DNA of 32,000 nucleotides from Idiomarina loihiensis L2TR (lineage in GTDB: Bacteria; Pseudomonadota; Gammaproteobacteria; Enterobacterales; Alteromonadaceae), in the NCBI RefSeq assembly GCF_000008465.1, contig NC_006512.1, positions 720,001 through 752,000 on the forward strand, written 5' to 3'. Below are positions 19,083 to 27,102 of the stretch, piece by piece. Made by a program: the position numbers and the translations under genes. Position 1 is the stretch's first letter. Every line of letters begins with the position of its first letter. Under the pieces are notes generated by a model, which made no database searches, was not told the DNA's origin, and saw only the letters and a list, made by a program, of their open reading frames with translations.

Positions 19083-20726
19083 TTATCCATTCCCTTTATA
19101 ATCAGGGTGGATTTCATAACGAAGGCAGGTTTTCTTCGACTTTCCCATAGTCCATGTTTTCCGAAGATAGCCATTCTCGACTAAGCTATCGACCGCCGCC
19201 CGACAGTCCTCATTGGAAGTTAAGCCTTTCCACCCTTTCCTCTGCAATGTCCGAAGATCAAACGGCGTATCCAGCTCTTTCAGCTGTGGTAACAATAATT
19301 GCGCTAAAACCACCTGGGAACTTGATTGCCAATAGGATTGTATACGACGGCTGTGAGACTCTAGCAGAGTCATGAAATTAATTGCTTTATTAAGGCTGTC
19401 TTCACCAACGCAATTACTTGAAACGAATGCCTCATGGTGTTCTGTACTATCAGCTTCATCAAAAAGATGAAAAAGATGCGCGAGTCGAGCAAGTAACGAT
19501 GGATATTTCCCAATTACGCTCGCATGGGCACTTGAAGATTTGAGCGAATTTTCATGGTTTCTACAACACCAATTCTCAAACAAGATTTGGGCTGTATCAC
19601 TGAATCTTGCAACGACCTTTATATCGTTCTCTACCATCATTGCAAAACAAGCAAAAGCCTTTATAGCTCTCTCTTCGTAATCATGATGTTTCGCTATATC
19701 TGTAAGCTCAGTTTTGACGTCTGGATAGACTGCAAGCTGAAGTCGCTCAAAAAATCCGTCGTCTGACTCACCGGAATGCCTTCGTTTCATTAACGGTAGG
19801 AGCCTACCTGGCTGAATTCCTCCGAGAATATTGATGCCTAAACGCTCGATAAAAACATCGTCTCGCGAGAGTCGGTCCTGCGAGTAACTACTGGTATTAT
19901 TGAATGCCTCCAGATAAATAGAACGCTCTTGAGAGTTTTCGATTCTTTCAAGCCTGTTAAGCAGTCCAAATAGCTCATCTCTAACCATCAAAATTCCGTT
20001 CGGGTTTTCCTCAACGCGTTTTAGCAGCGCTTCAGGCGTCGCATCGTTAATCACAATATTCCGCATTTTAGGAGTGCTTACTTTTAATTCCTCTATTTGT
20101 TGTAATAAGGACTCTGCAAGCTTCAAATCGTTATTTTTAAAAGCTTGATCAGCTGAATCTTCTAGTATTTTGATCTGCTTCGTGAGTAACTTTTTCTTTG
20201 CAGCCCCATTTCGCTTACGCAATTCGTTTGCGGGCGTTATGATGCGATCATGTATCTTCGATATCAATGAGGTACCCACGCTCATACAGGGAGTTTTATA
20301 GGAGGATGGCGCACCGACAAATAGCCCCCAGATTGCTTGCCGAACCTCCCACTCATCAAACCTTTTGGGTTTTATACTAGCTGAGGCTCCAATAACAGAG
20401 GCAGCCGCAGTAATTACTGACACAGCGACATACTCTGGAGGGGCGTTATTGATACGTTTGGCTTCATGGCAAACGTGGCCGTATATAGCTTCTGGCAGCA
20501 TATCCGGGGAGAGAGCTATCACCGGTTCCAGCTCAGGCTCTAGGGGCCTTGGAACGTCCCATTTGGAATTAGAAACAGGGATAAGAGCCTTCTCATCAAG
20601 GGTACTTAAGTCAGACTCTCCCACTTCATGATTCCCTAACCTAACACGTTCACCAAGCTTTGCTTCTTCGTTGCTTTCAATAAAAATCCTTTTCACCCTC
20701 AAAGCAAGCGTTTTAATTCCTTTCAT
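19083..20726 (-). CDS. DUF3987 (YfjI-like) P-loop protein, putative replication/helicase protein of the island
   Basis: 547 aa. The pattern W.VP.PL..ELEPV.ALSPDMLPEAI....CHEAKR...PPEYVAVSVITAAASVIG....KP.R.D.W.V....WGLFVGAPSSYKTP (Walker-A-like) ... NDATPEALL..V..NPNGILMVRDELFGLL (Walker-B-like DE) is the hallmark layout of DUF3987 proteins of CP4-57/P4-type islands. Strong RBS AGGAG 8 nt upstream. Confidence 0.8.
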   Translation of the reverse strand: MKGIKTLALRVKRIFIESNEEAKLGERVRLGNHEVGESDLSTLDEKALIPVSNSKWDVPRPLEPELEPVIALSPDMLPEAIYGHVCHEAKRINNAPPEYVAVSVITAAASVIGASASIKPKRFDEWEVRQAIWGLFVGAPSSYKTPCMSVGTSLISKIHDRIITPANELRKRNGAAKKKLLTKQIKILEDSADQAFKNNDLKLAESLLQQIEELKVSTPKMRNIVINDATPEALLKRVEENPNGILMVRDELFGLLNRLERIENSQERSIYLEAFNNTSSYSQDRLSRDDVFIERLGINILGGIQPGRLLPLMKRRHSGESDDGFFERLQLAVYPDVKTELTDIAKHHDYEERAIKAFACFAMMVENDIKVVARFSDTAQILFENWCCRNHENSLKSSSAHASVIGKYPSLLARLAHLFHLFDEADSTEHHEAFVSSNCVGEDSLNKAINFMTLLESHSRRIQSYWQSSSQVVLAQLLLPQLKELDTPFDLRTLQRKGWKGLTSNEDCRAAVDSLVENGYLRKTWTMGKSKKTCLRYEIHPDYKGNG

Positions 20727-21177
20727 AACTACTACTCCTGTAGAAGAATCAAATAGTACAGGAGAAATATTAACCCAAAAGTCCTAATAAATATTCAGTT
20801 TGGATGGCCAGGAAACCCTATCAATTCTATTTTATAGAAAGATAATGGCAATTTGCTTGGTTATATTATTATGAGCTTTGTTATGTTATTTGAATCCGCC
20901 GACTTAATTCTAAAAAAAGAATCAATATTTTTTCTCTTTCTTTATAAAATGACCTCTTTTCAACCTATTCAACGATGATATAAAAGAATCAAATTGTGCT
21001 TAACAAGAACAATGCTAAGCAGATCAGCGGGACCATTATACAGTACTCCGTGAAATCTAAGTTATTGTTTCCTAATTGTTTTTATTTTCCTGAATTACTC
21101 ATTTTTCTGGCAGATAATAACAACTCAAAGAACTTAAGCGTTTGAAGTTAAAGGATTATATTCAATTTCGTTAGTTA

Positions 21178-21227
21178 TCATGGGGTGTCAGGGGTCGGAG
21201 GTTCAAATCCTCTCACGCCGACCAATT
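21178..21227 (+). repeat. attR: 50-bp direct repeat (duplicated 3' part of tRNA-Pro)
   Basis: Identical to 14260-14309. The upstream tRNA part is absent (sequence diverges at 21177), so it is not a functional tRNA. Confidence 0.95.
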
Positions 21228-21252
21228 CTTCTAGTGACACTCAATAAAGCAT

Positions 21253-22308
21253 TCACTGGTTCCATTCTGGTAAGCTAAGTTGCTCTCCCATTTCAGTTGC
21301 CACTCGCCAGTAACCTCCTCTGGCAGAACCTTTTCGAATTAATACCCCTTGTTCTTTCAATTTAGAAATGTGTTTTTCTACCGCGCGCGACGAAATATTC
21401 AACACTTCAGCGACTCTGGCGGCACTCCATTCGGGTTGCTCATTTAATAGCCTAAGTACCATATTTCGTGTGCTCGTGCCCGAATATCGACCTTTACCCG
21501 AACCGTTATCCGAACCTAACAGCGAACTTTTTACCGAACTCATAGGTATTTCACTGGAAAAATCATGCGAGATACTCGCTTCTTCCAGCACCTCTGCTTT
21601 GTCTTTTTCTTCTTTTACTGTGGTTGAAATACTCTGTTGCAAACAATCCAGAATAAACTCAACCATAAGACCTCTGTCATTTTCACTAATTGAGCGTCGC
21701 AAGCAATCAAGATATTCGTCTTTATTGAATTTAAAGATTTGCTCAAAGCTTAACCAGGCAACTGCCGGATGCCATTTAGCTAAAATAAGGCTAAACCAGA
21801 GTCTTCCAACACAACCGTTGGCAACAGAAAACGGCTGAATAAATTCGAACTGCTGTAAGAAAATAGCCGCTTTAATTAAAGGGTGTTCGTTGCTTTCGTC
21901 TAACCAGGACAATAGACTTCTTACCGACTTCCCGGCCTGCCCCGCCGGAGCGGTCATATGAACCAGCTTGTTGTTGCGGTAAACGCCCATTCCCGTTGCG
22001 CGATAGCTTCCGGCACTGGGGGTTACTGCGGCGCAAATCATCTGGTGAGCGTTTTTAAGATCTGACTCCGAATGTAAATTCCACTCAGACAGCTTTTTAT
22101 AGGCTTCATCTAGACGAATACCCTCCAGCGGTTGTGACTGCTCATCCAGGCCTACCGACGCATGAGCTTTAATTGGCAATTGTTGAGACTTAAAATCTTC
22201 TAAATTGCTTTTATCGGATTCAAGTAATGCTAACCAACGGCCAAAGTCGGTGCTTATTTGCGCCACTAAATTCACGCATTTACTGGTAATCAAATAATCT
22301 GCTGCCAT
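21253..22308 (-). CDS. Fic-domain protein with C-terminal winged-HTH; degenerate active-site motif
   Basis: 351 aa. The N-terminal SQPLEG fits the SxxxE(G/N) inhibitory motif. The core FLQQFEFIQPFSVANGCVGRLWFSLIL aligns to the HPFxxGNGRxxR loop with His->Gln, Gly->Ala and Arg->Cys. The C-terminus RNMVLRLLNEQPEWSAARVAEVLNISSRAVEKHISKLKEQGVLIRKG is a MarR/DeoR-like wHTH. Confidence 0.8.
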   Translation of the reverse strand: MAADYLITSKCVNLVAQISTDFGRWLALLESDKSNLEDFKSQQLPIKAHASVGLDEQSQPLEGIRLDEAYKKLSEWNLHSESDLKNAHQMICAAVTPSAGSYRATGMGVYRNNKLVHMTAPAGQAGKSVRSLLSWLDESNEHPLIKAAIFLQQFEFIQPFSVANGCVGRLWFSLILAKWHPAVAWLSFEQIFKFNKDEYLDCLRRSISENDRGLMVEFILDCLQQSISTTVKEEKDKAEVLEEASISHDFSSEIPMSSVKSSLLGSDNGSGKGRYSGTSTRNMVLRLLNEQPEWSAARVAEVLNISSRAVEKHISKLKEQGVLIRKGSARGGYWRVATEMGEQLSLPEWNQ

Positions 22309-22376
22309 TTGTTATTAGTAACCTCTGGGGGTTACTCTCCGTTATTTTGTTAACGCACACACTCAGTCTAAAACAC

Positions 22377-22781
22377 TTACACTGTAATATCAGCGAATAC
22401 CGATTGCAGCCTTGCCACTTCACTTTCTTCCAGCGGAAGCATAGGTTGTTTCCCCCAGACTGGAGCAGGCCAGGCAGCGTCAGTTTGAAACCGCGCTATA
22501 TGATGAACATGCAACTGCGGAACCTGATTTCCTAAAGCAGCGACATTAAGTTTATCGGGTTGGTATTCAGCCTTTAGCCAGTGGCATAGAAATCGGCTTT
22601 CTTTTAACAACTGCAGTTGATCGTCTTCAGAAAGGTCTATGGCTTCGCGCACGTCTGCCACTTTAGGAACCAACAAAAACCACGGAAATTGCCTGTCATT
22701 CATGACTCTGACTTCGCATAGCGGCCAATCGGTTAAATGATAACTGTCTCTGGCTAATTCCGGAGCTAATGTATATTCCAT
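22377..22781 (-). CDS. HIT-family (histidine triad) nucleotide hydrolase/transferase-like protein
   Basis: 134 aa with the histidine-triad-like QLHVHHIAR near the C-terminal third. Size is typical of the HIT family. Confidence 0.75.
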   Translation of the reverse strand: MEYTLAPELARDSYHLTDWPLCEVRVMNDRQFPWFLLVPKVADVREAIDLSEDDQLQLLKESRFLCHWLKAEYQPDKLNVAALGNQVPQLHVHHIARFQTDAAWPAPVWGKQPMLPLEESEVARLQSVFADITV

Positions 22782-22784
22782 AAC

Positions 22785-23285
22785 CTACCCTTTTAATAAC
22801 GTTTCAAGAAACCGTTTAAACAGTGCATTAGTTTGCGGCAAGCTGTCAATTAAACGGTGGCCATCATTCACCAGGTGTAACTCTGCCCTGGTTCTTTCCG
22901 CATAACGCCAACTGTTCTCAACAGGAACAATATCGTCTTTCCAGCCATGAACAATTTGAGTCTCACAAGCCGGTGTCAGTTCATCAAAATTTGCCTGACC
23001 ACCTAAGTAAAAGGCCGGAGCCATTAAGAACAGCCCCCGGCTCTTTGTTTTAGCTGCAGCTACCGTTGCCACGTAACCGCCCATGCTGGAACCGACCAGC
23101 AAGAAATTTTCCGTTAGTGCTTCAATATATGTTGTGAGTTTTTCCACGCGCTGATCAGGATCATCAATACCCTGATAATCGACACTGGTTACGCTGAACC
23201 CCAAAGCTTCAGCGGTTTTTGCTAAAACTTTAATTTTGCTGCCCCAGGGGCCGCTCTCTTTTCCGTGATTAAAAATAACCAGCAT
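22785..23285 (-). CDS. Small alpha/beta-fold esterase (YqiA/UPF0227-like)
   Basis: 166 aa. Nucleophile elbow VGSSMGG, later WKDD and DGHRL are consistent with a Ser-Asp-His triad. Confidence 0.7.
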   Translation of the reverse strand: MLVIFNHGKESGPWGSKIKVLAKTAEALGFSVTSVDYQGIDDPDQRVEKLTTYIEALTENFLLVGSSMGGYVATVAAAKTKSRGLFLMAPAFYLGGQANFDELTPACETQIVHGWKDDIVPVENSWRYAERTRAELHLVNDGHRLIDSLPQTNALFKRFLETLLKG

Positions 23286-23400
23286 TTAGCAATTACCTAT
23301 ATTTTGTGCTTAGATAAAACTATCAGATATAACAATTAAGTAACAATGTAAGCTTTTATCATGATAGTCAAAACGTTCATTATAAAGAAAGGCGGTTACT

Positions 23401-24243
23401 ATGACCTTTAACAAGCAACTTGTTGCGCTGTACACCGCATTATCTATAGTGGCTCTGTTTAGCTCAAGCAGCCTTGCCGAGCACGAAGACATTATCTGGG
23501 GAGTAAACTCCTCCCCGCCGTTTCATATATTTGATGGTAAATACGAAGAACAAGGCTTTTGCGATGCTTTAGTCAGCAGCTTTCAGCGCCAGCTACCGGA
23601 ACTGTCGCACAAGGTCAGAAAGCTGCCCTCCCGCCGTATTACCATGCTTATGAAAAAGAACAAGAACCTCTGCTTTCCCTGCCTGATTAAAGGAGCAAGT
23701 TACAATTCCGAATTTAATTACACCGAAACAACTCATCGGTACCAGCCGCACGGTATCATTACCCGTGCTGACACAGCAGCCAGAATCATTGGAAAGTATG
23801 GCCAGCCAGTAGATTTTTCCAGCCTGGTTCAGGACTCAAATTTACGCTTTGCGCAACCGGCTGAACGCCGTTACGGCCGCCTGCAGCCTCTACTGGAAGA
23901 GCACCTTATCGATTCAGATAATTTCAGTTTTATTAGCGGCGACAATGCCCACATCAACTTGCTGACTATGATAGTCAACAAGCGTATTGATTACACTATC
24001 GATTATGAAATGATTATGACTTACTACAACGAAACTGAATTTAAAAACAGCGGACTGGTGTTCTTGCCTATTGAAGAGTACGAGGGTGTGGTTATTGAGG
24101 GTGCGGTTGGTTGCAGTAATAATGAATGGGGACGTAAAGCTGTGCGACACCTTAATGAGGTCATCAACGAACTTAAAGCTGATCCGGACTTTCAAAAAAG
24201 TCTGGATCAGTGGTTAGGAACTAGTCGCCCAATGGTTGATTAA
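23401..24243 (+). CDS. Secreted solute-binding-protein-like protein (SBP family 3-like fold), function unknown
   Basis: 280 aa. Signal peptide MTFNKQLVALYTALSIVALFSSSSLA. Overall length and pattern match orphan periplasmic-binding-like proteins of marine gammaproteobacteria. No adjacent ABC permease or ATPase. Confidence 0.6.
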   Translation: MTFNKQLVALYTALSIVALFSSSSLAEHEDIIWGVNSSPPFHIFDGKYEEQGFCDALVSSFQRQLPELSHKVRKLPSRRITMLMKKNKNLCFPCLIKGASYNSEFNYTETTHRYQPHGIITRADTAARIIGKYGQPVDFSSLVQDSNLRFAQPAERRYGRLQPLLEEHLIDSDNFSFISGDNAHINLLTMIVNKRIDYTIDYEMIMTYYNETEFKNSGLVFLPIEEYEGVVIEGAVGCSNNEWGRKAVRHLNEVINELKADPDFQKSLDQWLGTSRPMVD

Positions 24244-24623
24244 GCAAAGCGCTGTTGTAAATACTGGTTAATGTCATCGGACTCATACATCCACTGTACT
24301 TTATCGTCCTGCTCAATGCGCAAACACGGCACTTTAACTCTGCCGCCGCCATCTAACAGCTCTTGTCTGTGCTGCTCATTATTTTTTGCATCTCTTAATT
24401 CTATATTTAAATTAAGGCGGGCAATTTCCTTACGTACCTTGACGCAAAAAGGGCAAGCGGCAAATTGATAAAGAGCCAGCGACTTGCAGGCTTCATCTAC
24501 CTGTTGCTGAGCCTCATCACTGCGGCTCTGGCCTTTTGGGGTGGTCAATTTTTCGACCAGTAAAACAATAGGCGTTAAAATAAGCCGTAGAGTACGAAAA
24601 AAGTAACGAATGATAATTCTCAT
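24240..24623 (-). CDS. Membrane-anchored glutaredoxin-family protein
   Basis: 127 aa. N-terminal hydrophobic helix (LRLILTPIVLLV), CPFC redox motif (YQFAACPFCVKVR) and VPCL..(cis-Pro region). The stop overlaps the stop of the convergent 23401-24243 ORF. Confidence 0.75.
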   Translation of the reverse strand: MRIIIRYFFRTLRLILTPIVLLVEKLTTPKGQSRSDEAQQQVDEACKSLALYQFAACPFCVKVRKEIARLNLNIELRDAKNNEQHRQELLDGGGRVKVPCLRIEQDDKVQWMYESDDINQYLQQRFA

Positions 24624-24707
24624 AGAAATACAACCAGACTGCCTGTTAAAGATGCCGCTATTCTAACGTGTTTAAGGTAGAGCGTCAGTCTTTTAACTAA
24701 ACGCTTT

Positions 24708-25691
24708 TCACTTTCCGTTTAAAGCTTCCGCGGCAATTTCGAACGACCTTAAACGAGCCTGATGATCAAAGGCATGACAAGTAAGAATAACTTCATCTAT
24801 ACCGGTATCATCAATAAACTGATTAATATGCCGTTGAACTGAATCCTTAGTACCAACCGCCGTATAGGTTAATGCATGATTCGCCCCGGCCAGTTCATGA
24901 GGCGCAGCAACCGTTCTTATGTCATCCACCGGTGCTTTTAAAGGCCCGGGTGTACCGCGCCGCAACGCAATAAACTGTTGTTGCATTGAACTCATCATTT
25001 TTCGCGCATCGGTTTCGCTGTCTGCCGCAAAAACGTTCATTGCCGCAGCAACATAAGGCTTGCTGAGGTAACGCGACGGACGAAAGTTCTCGCGATACGC
25101 TTTTAACGCATGCTGCAAATAGTCTGGTGCAAAATGCGAAGCAAAGGCATAAGGCAGGCCTAAGTGTGCAGCAAGCTGAGCGCCAAAAGTGCTTGAGCCG
25201 AGCAACCACACCGGAATTTTCTGTCCAAACCCGGGCACCGCTTTAATTGGGTCGCTTTCCTGCGCTTCTTCCAGATAACCTAAAAGCTCCTGAACATCGT
25301 TAGGAAACTGTTCCGCATCATCTGGTTTACGTCTTAACGCGCGTAAAGTTCGGCCGTCTGTTCCCGGTGCTCTGCCCAGACCAATATCAATACGTCCGGG
25401 GTACAGGGCATCCAGCGTACCAAACTGCTCAGCGACCACAAAAGGCGCGTGGTTTGGTAACATAACACCGCCTGAGCCCACTCGAATTTTGTCAGTTTTA
25501 CCGGCGACATAACCTAAAGCAACCGCGGTTGCGGCCGAGGCAATTCCGGTCATATTGTGATGTTCAGCCATCCAGAAGCGGTGGTAACCCCACCGCTCTG
25601 CATGCTGGGCCAAATCAGCCGAGTTATGCAATGATTCAGCCACAGACCCACCTTCGGTAATGGGCGCTAAATCAAGAACTGAGTATTTCAT
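24708..25691 (-). CDS. LLM-class (luciferase-like) flavin-dependent oxidoreductase, YhbW-like
   Basis: 327 aa. [32 protein letters not shown] is the typical N-terminus of this family. Confidence 0.85.
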   Translation of the reverse strand: MKYSVLDLAPITEGGSVAESLHNSADLAQHAERWGYHRFWMAEHHNMTGIASAATAVALGYVAGKTDKIRVGSGGVMLPNHAPFVVAEQFGTLDALYPGRIDIGLGRAPGTDGRTLRALRRKPDDAEQFPNDVQELLGYLEEAQESDPIKAVPGFGQKIPVWLLGSSTFGAQLAAHLGLPYAFASHFAPDYLQHALKAYRENFRPSRYLSKPYVAAAMNVFAADSETDARKMMSSMQQQFIALRRGTPGPLKAPVDDIRTVAAPHELAGANHALTYTAVGTKDSVQRHINQFIDDTGIDEVILTCHAFDHQARLRSFEIAAEALNGK

Positions 25692-25697
25692 ACTGAA

Positions 25698-26435
25698 TTA
25701 CAGCTCTTGCTTGGTTGGGCGAATGATCATTTCATTCACGTCAACTTGCTGAGGTTGCTCAATCGCAAAGGTAATGGCACGAGCAATAGCCGCAGAATCA
25801 ATCGCGTCTGAATACAAACTGTCAGCCATTTCTTTCGCGTCTTTGTCACTAATGTGATCCGTCAGTTCTGTTGCTACAGCGCCCGGTGAAATATTGGTCG
25901 CGCGAATTTCACCATTAGATTCCTGACGAATGCCTTCGGAAATGGCTTTTACCGCAAACTTGGTTGCGCAATACACCGTTCCGCCAGCAAAAACTTTCTG
26001 ACCTGCAACCGATGACAGGTTGATGATATGACCCACATGCTGTTCACGCATAACCGGTAATACAGCAGCTACGCCATATAGAACACCTTTAATGTTCACA
26101 TCAATCATGGTGTCCCATTCGTCCACTTTCAGCGCGTCGAGCGGGGCCAGTGGCATGAGTCCGGCGTTATTAATTAAGACATCAATACGACCAAATTCAG
26201 CTTTGGTGTCGTCAGCCAGTTTTTGAACTGCGGCTTTGTCGGTTACATCAACCACACGGTAAGCTGCCTGGCCACCGTCTTTCTTAATTGACTCAGTCAA
26301 TTCTTTTAGGCGATCTTCGCGACGCGCCGCTAACATCAGTTTTGCGCCTTTTGCTGCAAGCATACGAGCGGTCTCTTCTCCTAAACCACTGCTTGCACCT
26401 GTAATAATCACAACTTTATCTTGTACTTCTGACAT
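25698..26435 (-). CDS. Short-chain dehydrogenase/reductase (SDR)
   Basis: 245 aa. Cofactor motif ITGASSGLG, NNAG, and the catalytic S...YCATK (YxxxK). Confidence 0.92.
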   Translation of the reverse strand: MSEVQDKVVIITGASSGLGEETARMLAAKGAKLMLAARREDRLKELTESIKKDGGQAAYRVVDVTDKAAVQKLADDTKAEFGRIDVLINNAGLMPLAPLDALKVDEWDTMIDVNIKGVLYGVAAVLPVMREQHVGHIINLSSVAGQKVFAGGTVYCATKFAVKAISEGIRQESNGEIRATNISPGAVATELTDHISDKDAKEMADSLYSDAIDSAAIARAITFAIEQPQQVDVNEMIIRPTKQEL

Positions 26436-26455
26436 AGCTTTACCTCCGGTTAGTG

Positions 26456-27046
26456 CTATTGGTCAACTGCCCCTAACTGCTTTAATATCATCTCTTCAAA
26501 ACGCAGTAGCGGCAGCATAGAACGCTGAACTTTGGCTCGCAGTAATGCCCCCTGCCAACCAGAAAGAATGAAGGCTCCCATCTGTTCGGTGTCAATGCAC
26601 TGCTGAATTTGCTGTGCGTCCTGTGCAGCTTTTAAACACCGGGCAATACGCTGCTCCCAGTCAGAAAAAATGTCATCTAACCGTTCGCGAAATAAGTCAC
26701 TCTGAGATGCCATTTCCTGACCCAGGTTGCCTATCAGACAGCCTTTGGAGAAATCACACGACTTTAAGTCCTCTACCGAGCGACGCAAATAGCTGCGCAA
26801 ACGATCAACCGGCTCCAACGTCTCGTTAGCCAGAGTTTCGTCCATGCGTGCTTCATAATCCTCGGCGTAGGTTTCGATAACAGCCAGGCCAAAATCATTC
26901 TTACTTTTGAAGTAATGATAAAAGGAGCCCTTGGGCACCTGCGCCTCGCTCAGAATTTTATTCAAACCGGTGCTGCCGAACCCATGTATGGATATCAGGT
27001 CAGCACCGATTGTTATGATGTTTTGTCGTGTGTCATTCTTAGTCAT
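26456..27046 (-). CDS. TetR/AcrR-family transcriptional regulator
   Basis: The HTH region GFGSTGLNKILSEAQVPKGSFYHYFKSKNDF is diagnostic. I prefer the ATG at 27046 (MTKNDTRQNII...) over the TTG at 27082 used by the track. Confidence 0.88.
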   Translation of the reverse strand: MTKNDTRQNIITIGADLISIHGFGSTGLNKILSEAQVPKGSFYHYFKSKNDFGLAVIETYAEDYEARMDETLANETLEPVDRLRSYLRRSVEDLKSCDFSKGCLIGNLGQEMASQSDLFRERLDDIFSDWEQRIARCLKAAQDAQQIQQCIDTEQMGAFILSGWQGALLRAKVQRSMLPLLRFEEMILKQLGAVDQ

Positions 27047-27102
27047 GCGATCTATATTAGACCAGTCGTCTAGAAACTTCAAGATCAGTCTGTTAATTGC
27101 AA

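Larger units (their letters stand above)
14260..21227. mobile_element. ~6.9 kb integrative mobilizable or satellite-like genomic island in tRNA-Pro(GGG): lambda-type int/xis, MOBV relaxase, DUF3987 protein, unassigned cargo
   Basis: Perfect 50-bp direct repeats at both ends, one of them being the tRNA 3' end. The integrase lies next to attL. There is an obvious drop in GC relative to both flanks. Contents are listed as separate features. Confidence 0.88.

Noticed and set aside
18962-19174. 70-aa minus-strand ORF spanning the palindrome and the DUF3987 3' end
   Set aside because: It overlaps the end of a well-supported gene in another frame and runs through the 19-bp inverted repeat. Its Cys/Trp-rich translation has no recognisable features.
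20871-20975. 34-codon plus-strand ORF (MSFVMLFESADLILKKESIFFLFLYKMTSFQPIQR) in the AT-rich arm
   Set aside because: There is no Shine-Dalgarno. The composition is that expected from random AT-rich DNA (Phe/Leu/Ile/Lys-rich), and it points toward attR with no terminator. Other ORFs there are 15 codons or fewer.
21178-21227. A second tRNA-Pro gene at the right island end
   Set aside because: Only the 3' 47 nt (from the anticodon loop onward) are present, and the 5' half diverges at 21177. It is therefore the att duplication, not a gene.
21368-21838. 156-aa plus-strand ORF antisense to the Fic gene
   Set aside because: It lies entirely inside and antisense to a longer ORF with clear domain signatures. 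Its Ser/Leu-rich low-complexity translation is typical of a shadow frame, and I saw no RBS.
22319-22336. GTAACC...GGTTAC hairpin between the HIT gene and the Fic gene as a terminator or attenuator
   Set aside because: The stem is only 6 bp and no U-tract follows, so it is too weak to call.
27047-27082. TTG-initiated 12-codon extension of the TetR regulator
   Set aside because: The ATG at 27046 gives a typical TetR N-terminus just before the HTH. Neither start has a strong RBS, so this is a preference rather than a certainty.
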